Below are positions 1 to 9,439 of a stretch of 64,000 nt of DNA, piece by piece. Source of the stretch: an uncultured Chloroflexia bacterium (GTDB taxonomy: Bacteria; Chloroflexota; UBA6077; JACCZL01); NCBI GenBank assembly GCA_963765765.1, contig CAVXYC010000007.1:96001-160000 (forward strand). Direction: 5' to 3'. Under the pieces are notes generated by a model that saw only the letters and a program-made list of their open reading frames with translations, searched no databases and had not been told where the DNA came from. The first letter of the stretch is position 1, and the number at the start of each line of letters is the position of its first letter. The translations under genes were made by a program, and so were the position numbers.

Positions 1-56
1 GACGTGAGTGCCGTCGGCGACTTGTTCCAACATGGCTCCTCCTGTAGTATGTGGAC

Positions 57-89
57 ATTGTTAAGAGTTGATCGAATATTCTTAACAAT
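57..89. promoter_or_regulatory. 10-bp perfect inverted repeat (ATTGTTAAGA-N13-TCTTAACAAT), candidate operator
   Basis: AT-rich dyad just upstream of ATG at 97 in a GC-rich context. Confidence 0.45.
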
Positions 90-96
90 TACCGTC

Positions 97-2007
97 ATGA
101 TTTTCGCCATGCCATCCATCGCAAACCGCGGCCGCGTCCGACTTGTGACGCTTGGCTTCGTCGCCTTCTTGATCGTCGCACCGTGTCTGTCTATCGCAAC
201 CCAAGCATTGACGCTTATCTCTGCGCACGTCTTGACCTGGACCGCCGAGCTCTTGCTTCAATTCGCGGTACCGCGCTTGCCGGTGGATCCGGTCTACGCT
301 CAAGCACTCATCTATAACGTCGGCCACATTGATCCGCGCGGCCTTGCTGTGGCTGGACCAATCGGCGATGCGCTGCACCATCTATTGCCACATGTCTTTA
401 CCGCAAGTGATTATGCGCAGGATGGCACTGTTGCGAGCGCGGTGATGGATGGCAGCCCCACAGTCGCTGCCGCGATGCTGGCTCGCATGGGCGCCGCGAT
501 TCCTCTGCTGTCCACTGTCGATGCTCGTGGCGTCACTCCGTCGCGTGCCTCGCTGGGCAGTCATCACTTGCCTCCTACTGCAGGCCCAAGTGTTCATCGA
601 TTTGGCACCGGAATTAGCGTTGGTTCGGTCAGAGATTGAAGCTGCGGGTATCCCCTTCGCCGTGGCGGCGCTCTTGCCCGTATCCGAGAACGGTCAGCGC
701 GTGTTCTTCACCCGCGGCCTTGATAGCCTGCCGGATTGGATCGTGGGTGCGATAGCGGCCTTGATCTTTTCAGGGGTCACGGTCCTGGCGTCGCGCGCAT
801 CCGCAACCGTGACCAGAGTGGCTGTCCGAGCAGTCGTGCGACGATTCCACCGGCCCCATCCGTCCAAAATCGCGTCCGCGCACCAGACGTATTCGTGGCG
901 CTTCGAGCATGAGTTTATCGGCCGCGGCGCTGATGCTCGTGCTGGCCATGACGATGACCCCACTGCGGGCGTTCTCGGAAACTGAGCCTGTCTTCCTAGA
1001 TCAGGAGTCCCCATTAGCCGATTCCGAGCCGATGATGGCAATTCCGCCTTCGGAGGCCCGTGCAGCAGGCGGGGCCGTCGGTTGTGCGACTGGAACGCAA
1101 TGGCGATCAGTTCTCCCTGCGCGTGAACGGCCAGGCCTCGTTTGTGAAAGGCGTTGGTTACAACCCCTGGTACGCCGATCTGGAGTTAACGCAGCGTCAT
1201 GCTTTGTACGATCGCGACTTCGCGCAGATTCGCGCCACCGGCGCCAACATGCTCGAGGGCTGGTTCGAGCAGCAGTTCGATGAAGTCACGCTTGACGCCG
1301 CGCAAGCCAACGAGCTCGGCGTGATCATGCCATTTGAGCTCAACCAGGACTACGACTACAGCGATCCCAACGTTCAGGCTCAATTTCTCGAGCAGATCAC
1401 TGGCTGGGTCCAGCGCTACCGAGGACATCCGGCCGTGCGGATGTGGGCGCCGGGAAACGAAGTGCTCCATCGACTGATCTACCCCACGCTCGTGCGTGGC
1501 TCCGTCGATCCGGATATGGAGCTGCGCGCCCAAGATTTCGCCGCCTTCTACGTGAAGGTGATTGACCGAGTTCACGAACTAGATCCAGATCACCCGGTGC
1601 TGTACCGAGATGCCGAGGACGGCTACGTAAGTCGTCTGGCCGCTGAGCTGAAGCGTGATGGCGTTGCCCGTCCGTGGCTGATTTATGGTGCCAACGTCTA
1701 TACGCCAAGGATCCAACAAATTGTCCAGGACTGGTCCGTCCAGACGCTCGATGCTCCAATTCTCTTCTCAGAGTTCGCCCCAACCGGCATGAGCGCCCAG
1801 GATCGGCCGCGACGCATGGAATGGTTCTGGAAAGTGATCCGATCACGTCCCAGCATGGTGCTGGGAGGGGTCGTTTACACCTGGTCGACAAACGGCCCAG
1901 AGGACCTGGATCGTGTCTTCGGGTTGACCGATGACGAAGGTCAGCCGGTGGACGGGTCCGTTGCCACACTCAGTCGAATGTTCCAATCACGAGCTGTCTC
2001 GAGGTGA
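97..2007 (+). CDS. Multi-TM N-terminal domain + clan GH-A (GH2-like TIM barrel) glycoside hydrolase; split by about 3 frameshifts
   Basis: ORFs 4..639, 449..985, 909..1283 and 1060..2007 join into a collinear paralog of 2254..4569 (PVDPVY/PGDPIY, GLAVAGP/GLALDGP, GIPFA, VKGVGYN/IRGMGYN); WAPGNE and SEFAP motifs. Confidence 0.75.
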
Positions 2008-2014
2008 TCGCGTT

Positions 2015-2257
2015 ATGACGTTGCCCGCACTCTCAGCCGAAGGCTCCTTCTCGCCGCCCATAGAGTCGCACTGTGACTCTGCCGCCATACTTGGCAATCT
2101 GACCGCTGCGCTGGCGCGTGGTGAGCTGGCACAAGGAACTCAGCTCATGGAGCACGCCCTGCTGCTCAATGTGCAGTGGGAGCAGCTCACCACGGCAGTC
2201 CAAGACGGCATCGCCCAGGGTTACGAGTTACCGAAGGACACTCGCGAAACGCGATGA
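2015..2257 (+). CDS. Small helical hypothetical protein (80 aa), weakly like a B12-binding cap four-helix domain
   Basis: GAGGTG RBS at 2001-2006; ATG 2015; its TGA overlaps the next ATG (ATGA). Confidence 0.6.
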   Translation: MTLPALSAEGSFSPPIESHCDSAAILGNLTAALARGELAQGTQLMEHALLLNVQWEQLTTAVQDGIAQGYELPKDTRETR

Positions 2258-4569
2258 TCGCGGCCTTGCCTGCCGCACGGCCGCGGCGAACATCGACTCC
2301 CTGGCCGGTCGCCCTGGTAGTTGGACTCAGCGCATACCTTCTCGCGCGGCCGGTGGTGGCAGTCATCCATGAGCTAGCTATCCTGGGCGCCGCCTGGCTG
2401 TTCAACCAGATTCATCATGGAAGCTCAGGCTGGACGCTGGTGCGTCTCATTCCAGGGGATCCAATTTATACCGGAGCAGTTGCCTCGCTGTTGAGTGACA
2501 TGGACGCGGTGGGGCTGGCGCTGGACGGACCACTGGGCGCGCTTCTCCATTCGTACTGGCCAGCCGTGTTTCTTGACCCCGCTCTCATTCAAGACGGCGC
2601 ATTCGTGAGCGCGCTCATTCTTCCGGGGTCCACCCTGGTGGCGCGTGGCCTGAGCTTCTTCCTGGCAGACGTGGTCGTATTGGCCCTCGGTTGGGGAGTG
2701 TGGCTCTGGGCCACATCTGGCCCGATGTCCATGTTTCGACTCAGCCTGGCGTTAGGGACTGCCGCCCAGCAGCTACACGTGATCGTTCACCATCATCTCG
2801 CGAATCGCGTTGCCCTGCGCGATCTGGAATCGCTGGGCATTCCATTCGCACTCTCGGCGCTGCAGCGCGGCGCCCCTCAAGACCGACCGCGCGTTACGGC
2901 CTGGCTGACGAGTATCCCCTCACCAGTGATCGACATCGTGTTCAACTCGATCCTCGCAACACTCGCGGTAGCGGCCAGCCTGCTCATCGCCATTGCATTG
3001 CGCCAAATGTGGCGCAACGTCTCGAAGCTACTCAGTCCTGCGCCCACGGCCACGCTGTTTGCATCGAGCCCGCGCTCGATGCACCGCATGGTCTGGATAC
3101 CAGCCCTTGTACTGACAGTGTCCCCGTTTGGCGCGGTTGTTGACGCAGACAGTCGCGTACTCGGTCTCGTTGACGAGTCGATTGTGATTGTTCCGGGCGC
3201 AGAGAAACTGAGCTTGCCAAGTTTGGGCCCCGAGCCGGCCCAGACGAAGACGGATCTTTCCGTCTCGAAGTCAGAAACGCCGTTGGCACCGACGAGCGTG
3301 GTCATCAACGGCGGTGATTTTCATTATCACAGCAGCGTCAATGGTGAGCCGTCCACCATTCGTGGCATGGGATACAACGTGCGTTACGCGCATTTATCCA
3401 CCGAGGAGCGTCGAGCGCTCTACGACCGCGACTTTGCCCTCATGAGCACGATGGGCGTCAACACCGTGGTTGGCTGGGAAGCTCGCGAGTTCGATGAGCT
3501 GACCCTGGAGCGGGCCGCGGCACACGGGCTCGGCGTTGTGCCGCCATTTGAGATGCGGCCGGACGTTGACTACACCGATGAGGCAGTGCGCACTGAGACC
3601 ATGACCGAGGCACTCGCGTGGGTGCGCCGCTACAAAGAGTACCCAGCGGTCCGCATGTGGGCCCTTGGAAACGAGATTCTCCATAAGCTCGTGTTTCCGT
3701 CCTGGATGCCGGTTCAGGCAGAACCCTGGCGTGAAGAGCGTGCGCGGGCGTTCGCCGACTTGCTCGTGACAATGGCAGATCGTGTGCGCGCAGAAGACCC
3801 CCTGCATCCCGTTGTCTACACCGACGCCGAGGATGCCTACGTGGGCTACGTGCGCGAGGCGATACTCGCCGATGGCCAGCCGCGGCCATGGTTCGTCTAC
3901 GGCATCAACGCATACACACCGCGTCTCCGGTCGATGATCGAAAGCTGGCCGAGTGTCGGCTTCGACACCCCGCTTTTCATCTCGGAGTTCGCACCTGGGG
4001 GCCTCAGCGCGCAAGATCGACCGGCAGGTTTGCGTGACATGTGGGACGTCGTGAAATCATTTGACGATCGAGTGCTTGGCGGTGCGGTCTACTCGTGGAC
4101 CGTGGAAGGGCCCGAAGAGGTGGACCGTGTATTCGGACTCGTCGACGCCAATGGAGCACCGGTGGATGGAGCGCTGAACGCGGTTGCGAGGATGTACGGC
4201 GGACATGTGGAAGTCGCCACGGCGTCGAATCACGATGACGCGATGGCCGATGAAGACGATCCAGTCCAGGAGATGGCGAGAACAGCGTTTGCCGCGATTC
4301 AACCGGAGCTGGACGAAGACGCTGTCTCGGAGGACGATCAAGTCGGCGGTCACGATGCTGAACAAGAGCCCGAGACACCCGGCGGAGAGATGCAGGTCGC
4401 GCGCGTCATCGATGCGAATACCGCGTCGGCCGACGGTCAGGACTCGGGTGACGCGTGGTGGGTTACCTGGCGGTCGACAGATCGGCGCAAGCGAGACGTC
4501 GCCATGCTGGTGGAACGCGGCGACGATGGCCAACCGCGTGTGTCATACGTGCACCGACCCAAGTCTTAG
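2254..4569 (+). CDS. Multi-TM N-terminal domain + clan GH-A glycoside hydrolase + acidic C-terminal tail
   Basis: WALGNE acid/base and ISEFAP nucleophile motifs; hydrophobic N-terminal third; start coupled to the upstream stop. Confidence 0.8.
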   Translation: MIAALPAARPRRTSTPWPVALVVGLSAYLLARPVVAVIHELAILGAAWLFNQIHHGSSGWTLVRLIPGDPIYTGAVASLLSDMDAVGLALDGPLGALLHSYWPAVFLDPALIQDGAFVSALILPGSTLVARGLSFFLADVVVLALGWGVWLWATSGPMSMFRLSLALGTAAQQLHVIVHHHLANRVALRDLESLGIPFALSALQRGAPQDRPRVTAWLTSIPSPVIDIVFNSILATLAVAASLLIAIALRQMWRNVSKLLSPAPTATLFASSPRSMHRMVWIPALVLTVSPFGAVVDADSRVLGLVDESIVIVPGAEKLSLPSLGPEPAQTKTDLSVSKSETPLAPTSVVINGGDFHYHSSVNGEPSTIRGMGYNVRYAHLSTEERRALYDRDFALMSTMGVNTVVGWEAREFDELTLERAAAHGLGVVPPFEMRPDVDYTDEAVRTETMTEALAWVRRYKEYPAVRMWALGNEILHKLVFPSWMPVQAEPWREERARAFADLLVTMADRVRAEDPLHPVVYTDAEDAYVGYVREAILADGQPRPWFVYGINAYTPRLRSMIESWPSVGFDTPLFISEFAPGGLSAQDRPAGLRDMWDVVKSFDDRVLGGAVYSWTVEGPEEVDRVFGLVDANGAPVDGALNAVARMYGGHVEVATASNHDDAMADEDDPVQEMARTAFAAIQPELDEDAVSEDDQVGGHDAEQEPETPGGEMQVARVIDANTASADGQDSGDAWWVTWRSTDRRKRDVAMLVERGDDGQPRVSYVHRPKS

Positions 4570-4678
4570 CCGGCTGGGCCCTCCCGCTCGACCGTGTCCG
4601 GGAAATCAGCGCATGATCGCGCGGAGATCATCTATCGAGGCCATTTGACCGCAAACCGGAGATGCTGGGCGCTGGGCT

Positions 4679-5149
4679 TCATTCCTCCGACCGCGTCAAG
4701 AGCTGAACGTAGTCCAGCGCCGGCGGCTCCTGACCGAGGCGGGTCAACGCGGAGGCAAGGTCGGCACGATGCTGCGTTGAGTGCGTAGCCACCTGGATGA
4801 GCCCCTGCTCAACGCTTAACTCGCGATCCAAGCCCGGCATTCGGAACAACCGAGTCAGGTCAAGCTCCGACGTTTCGGCGATGAGTGTCAGATACTCTTC
4901 GGATACAGCATCGGTACGCTCGAGCGCTTCAGAGACTAGTGCAAAGCGCTCGGGGCGTGTCGGTTCGCCGCGCATGAGGCGCAGATAGTTCGTCTCCACA
5001 CTAATCATGTGCGTTAGTGTCTCAAAGGGACTACCAAAATGATCCGGCATAGAGTAAGCGAGCTGCTCCGGGTTGAGTTGGCTGCACGCCGTCAAAATAC
5101 GTCGGTTCGCCCAGCGATGATAGCTGTAGAGCTCAATCAAAACCGACAC
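4679..5149 (-). CDS. DinB/YfiT family protein
   Basis: YHRWAN, TLTHM and HSTQHRA motifs; GGAGG RBS. Confidence 0.85.
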   Translation of the reverse strand: MSVLIELYSYHRWANRRILTACSQLNPEQLAYSMPDHFGSPFETLTHMISVETNYLRLMRGEPTRPERFALVSEALERTDAVSEEYLTLIAETSELDLTRLFRMPGLDRELSVEQGLIQVATHSTQHRADLASALTRLGQEPPALDYVQLLTRSEE

Positions 5150-5213
5150 CCGGCATGCCTCCCGCCGCTGTCATCCTACTCCGGCGGGATTCGTAGAATG
5201 GCGTCCCGGGGAG

Positions 5214-7676
5214 TTACTCGGTCACGTACAGCGCGGGATCGATAGCAGTGATGAATGGACTCGGCTGCCGCACTCGGTTATCCGTGGAGCGGGGGCCGGA
5301 GAGATAGAGTCGCGAACGAGCGCGGGTCAAAGCCACGTAGAAGAGTCTCTGTTCTTCCGCCAATCTCCCTTCGCGTATGGCATTCCCGCGAGGAAGCTCG
5401 CCGTCAGAGAGGCCGGCTATGAAGACGGTATCGAACTCCAGCCCTTTGGACTGGTGAATGGTGAGGAGTGGAATTCGATCGTCCCCGTTCAGAACCTGAT
5501 CCACGTATCGGATCAGCGCTGCGGACCGCACGAGCTTTTCCAGGGCCGTCCATGGGTCATCGTGATGCACATCGCGCTGCTCGACCATGCGCGCAAACTC
5601 GTCCAGGTGCTCCAACCGCTCAGGCTCTCTTGCGTAGACATCGCGGAGTCCCGATTCAGCCATCATTTGGTGTAACACTCGGGCCGGACGCTGCATCTGA
5701 GCCAAGCCACGCCATCGATCGAGGTCATCAGCCCAGGGTGCAAACGCCACACCATCGCGTTCGACAATCCCACGGCGCTGCTCGGCACCACGTTGGACGA
5801 TATCCATGAGCCACGCTAGCAGCTCTACCGTGGCATTCGACATCTGCACGTGCCCGATGCGTTGGCTGGTGCTCCAAACCGAGAGCTGCGCAAAGCCCGA
5901 TCAGGCTCAGGCATGGCATCTCACTGGTGCCTGGCAACTCTATGAATCGCTGCGCTAGGAGAAGCGTGTCTGCGCTGCTGATTACGGGAACATCCAAACC
6001 GAGCAGCCGCGATTGGTTTCGGAGCGTGCGGAGATCGAATCCGATGTTGTGTCCTACCACCAGATCGTCACCGATGAACCGAAATACCGAAGTCAGCGCT
6101 TGCTCTGACACCTCACCATGCATTGCCAGGTATTCGTCGGAGAGACCATGCGCGCGAATGGAATCGCCGACAGTCACGCTGTTCCGCACCAGCGTCTCGA
6201 ACCGCTCCGTCGGGCTGCCGAATTCGAGGCGAGTGGCTGCAATCTCGATGATCTCCGCACCAGCGTCGAGGCCGGTGGTCTCGATATCCAGCACCACGAT
6301 CCGACCGTCCTGGTACTCATCGATGAGCCGTGCCGAATGGCTCGCCGTAGGCGTGCGTCTCAATCTTGATCAGATCCACGCGCTCCAGGCCAACTCCTTC
6401 ACCGGCATGCTGAATGCGCGCCAGCGTCCCGTGCCCCACGCCCTTGATCAGCCGATCCGTGATCCGATGCATGGCGGCCGTGTCATTAGGATTGACTGTG
6501 AGACGGAGCAAGGCCAATGCATCTTTAACTTCGCGTCGCTGCAGGAAATCAAGATGCTCCAGTGTGACGTGCTTGATGGAACGAGCCGTAAGCGTCTCGG
6601 ATAGCCCGATGCCGTATCGATTGTTCGCGGTGAGCACGCCGATGCGGTGACCCTCTGCACCAGGTTCTTGCTGGATAGCTTCGATCTGATCGGCAATCCA
6701 GGCGCCTTCCTCCTCGGGGCTTTCTGCGAGGCGCCATACGGCGAGTGGACCGTCCAGGGCATCGACAGTGGATTGGATCACCGGACCATCGGGGCGGAAT
6801 GTGGCCGCGGCAAAGCACTCCGCTATTGAGACGAGCTGAGGCGTGGATCGTCGATTCTCTCGGAGTGAGATCTCCCTGACCGGGGAAAAGTCCTTCCTGA
6901 ACTGTCCAATGATCGAGTCGGGGGCCGAGCCGCGCCACTCATAAATGGTCTGATCTACATCTCCGAAGAGGGCCAGGTTGCCCGTGGCGCGCGCCAGCAT
7001 GAACACGACCCGATACTCCGACTTGTGCGTGTCCTGGATCTCATCAACCATGATGGACTCATACCGCTCGGCCCAGCGGCTTCGAGCCTCCGGAACACGT
7101 GCAAGTACGGAGTTGGTGAAGAGGACCAGGTCGGAAAAGTCGAGAAGATGCTGATTCCAGAGCTGCTCTTGATACCGTCTTGCAGCACGCGTAAGGTCTC
7201 CGAGCCCCGAATACATGTCGGCGTAGTTGGGCGGCCAGGAGAGCTGACGCGACTCCACTTCACTCTTGATTCGACCGAGCTTGAAGAAGATGTCGCGTGC
7301 GTCCTTCGACGTTTGGCCTGTGATCTCGGCGAGTAGGTCGCAGGCGTCGCCATCATCGCAAATCGTGAAATGCGTCGGGATGTCCGAGAAATCGTGCCTC
7401 GGCTCGCAGAATAGTCGCGCAGAGTCCATGAAATGTGGAGACGGCGACCTGGCATTCTTGATTCGGAAAGCGCTTCTGGATGCGTGAGCGCACCTCTTCC
7501 GCGGCGCGGTTCGTAAACGTCAGGCAGAGCATTCGCCGGGGGTCATGTCCGGCGGCGATCGCCGTAGCGATGCGCTCGATGAGCGCATAGGTCTTTCCAG
7601 AACCGACCGGCGCTAGAACAAGCAGTCCACCGTGAAGGTGATTGATAATCTGCTGCTGAGGGTCGTCGAGGTCCAC
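5214..7676 (-). CDS. UvrD/PcrA-like SF1 helicase with inserted DEDDh 3'-5' exonuclease domain; 3 frameshifts
   Basis: APVGSGKT, LTFTNRAA, VDEIQD, GDVDQTIYEWRG, ENRRS; DIETTG, GHNIGFD, HRA..D; TIHQSKGLEF and EEQRLFYVALTRA across ORFs 7353..7676, 6317..7429, 5728..6363, 5214..5849. Confidence 0.88.
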
Positions 7677-7865
7677 ACCCGCTCCGCTTGCGCACTGCCG
7701 TCGGCAGCATAGCCGCGAGATTGCGAACAGTCAATGAAGATTGACAGGATCGTAGGTTGCAGGCTTGCACATTCGTCCGGCTTGACGACTCCTAATCCTG
7801 CCTCACGGCAATGAGCTTCCCGCACAATAGGGAGACTCGCCCACCTCAGTAAGGGGGACAGACGA

Positions 7866-9122
7866 TTGCTCAAACCTGACGATCTGCATCTGCTCACACA
7901 GACGGGACCAGGGACGCCCATGGGTGCCGTGTTTCGGAGATTCTGGCTCCCCGCGCTCATGAGCCGCGAGCTGTCGGGGCGGGACTGCGCACCGATCCGC
8001 CTGCGGCTACTGAGCGAGAACCTGGTGGCGTTCCGAGATACCAACGGTCAACCCGCCTTCGTTGCTGAGAACTGTCCGCACCGAGGTGCATCGCTGTTCT
8101 TCGGCCGCAACGAAGAATGCGGGATTCGGTGCGTGTATCACGGCTGGAAATTCGACGCGACCGGCAGTTGCGTCGATATGCCGAACAAGCCGCCGGAATC
8201 GAATTTCAAGCACAAGGTCAAAGTCACCGCGTATCCTGCGGCCGAACGTGGGGGCGTGATCTGGATCTATATGGGACCGCCCGAGCTAAAGCCAGCACTA
8301 CCCGATTTCGAGTGGTGCTCGCTGCCCGATGAGCAGCGCGTTGTCAATCGCTGGGAGCAGGCATGCAATTACGCGCAGGCGGTCGAAGGTGATCTCGATA
8401 CGTCGCACGTCACATTCCTTCACAGTCGGCTGTCCGACGGCCAGGCCGGACTCGCGCGGCAATCAACCAACGGCGATTTCCTCATTCGTGATGGCGCCCC
8501 AAGATTGACGGCGAAGGAGACGGACTACGGATTTTGCTACGGCGCGCGCCGGCAAGCGCCAGATGGCTATTACTGGCGTGTCACCCAGCTCCTTCTCCCC
8601 GGCTACAGCATGATTCCGAGTATCACATCACGCTATGGTGGCGGACTGTGGCTACCCATGGATGACGAGCATAGTATTGGCTGGCGCTTCGCCTGGGACC
8701 TTGAGGAGCCATTTACGGACGAGCAGCGCCCAGTCGCTGGCGGTGTGCCAATCTTGCAATCGGGCAGTCTTCGAACATTACGAAACCTGGCGAATGACTA
8801 CCTGATCGATCGTGAAATGCAACGCACGGTGAACTTCACGGGAATTGCTGACGGCCGCGCGCAAGACACCATGGCGACGGAAACGATGGGCCCGATCATG
8901 GACCGCACGCGTGAGCACCTGGGAACGGCTGACCTGGCGATCATCGTGTACCGGCGGCGGATGCTGCGGCTGGCACGCGAGCTGGAGCAGGGCATCGAGC
9001 CCTTCGCGGCCTCGCAGGGGTCCAGTTACCGGGTGCGCTCCCTTGACGTGATAGACCCGGCGGAGACGCTTGATGAGCTTCTCCGGACACACGAGCAGAC
9101 GGTGTTCCAGCCGGCAAGCTAG
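7866..9122 (+). CDS. Rieske non-heme iron oxygenase alpha subunit (phthalate 4,5-dioxygenase-like)
   Basis: CPHRG...CVYHG Rieske ligands; EGDLDTSHVTFLH and QD mononuclear iron motifs. Confidence 0.9.
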   Translation: MLKPDDLHLLTQTGPGTPMGAVFRRFWLPALMSRELSGRDCAPIRLRLLSENLVAFRDTNGQPAFVAENCPHRGASLFFGRNEECGIRCVYHGWKFDATGSCVDMPNKPPESNFKHKVKVTAYPAAERGGVIWIYMGPPELKPALPDFEWCSLPDEQRVVNRWEQACNYAQAVEGDLDTSHVTFLHSRLSDGQAGLARQSTNGDFLIRDGAPRLTAKETDYGFCYGARRQAPDGYYWRVTQLLLPGYSMIPSITSRYGGGLWLPMDDEHSIGWRFAWDLEEPFTDEQRPVAGGVPILQSGSLRTLRNLANDYLIDREMQRTVNFTGIADGRAQDTMATETMGPIMDRTREHLGTADLAIIVYRRRMLRLARELEQGIEPFAASQGSSYRVRSLDVIDPAETLDELLRTHEQTVFQPAS

Positions 9123-9135
9123 CGCGGGCACGGTT

Positions 9136-9201
9136 GTAGTGCGGAATTCATTACGCGGTCGTGTGCGATCTCGGGAGACGGCGGAATAGATTCCGCACTA
9201 C
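9136..9201. repeat. GTAG-type REP doublet (REPIN-like)
   Basis: GTAGTGCGGAATTCATTACGC (9136-9156) inverted against GCGGAATAGATTCCGCACTAC (9181-9201). Confidence 0.7.
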
Positions 9202-9439
9202 CAATCGTGTGCACCGAATCGCCTTTATTCCAGAGTGTCAAACTTTCCGCTCCAGTCTCGCTCAAAGGTGTCCTGTATCCTGGCCGCGACTGATGGTTCT
9301 TGAAACACCGGCACCCCCGGTAACCGGCCTATCGTAAAGAGAACACTGTCGCGCACTTTGAGCGTGCGCTATGATCGGTCGCGTCTCGGTCATTTCCATG
9401 ACCCGATTTCATCAAGACTTCTGCCAGCAGGGGGCATCC

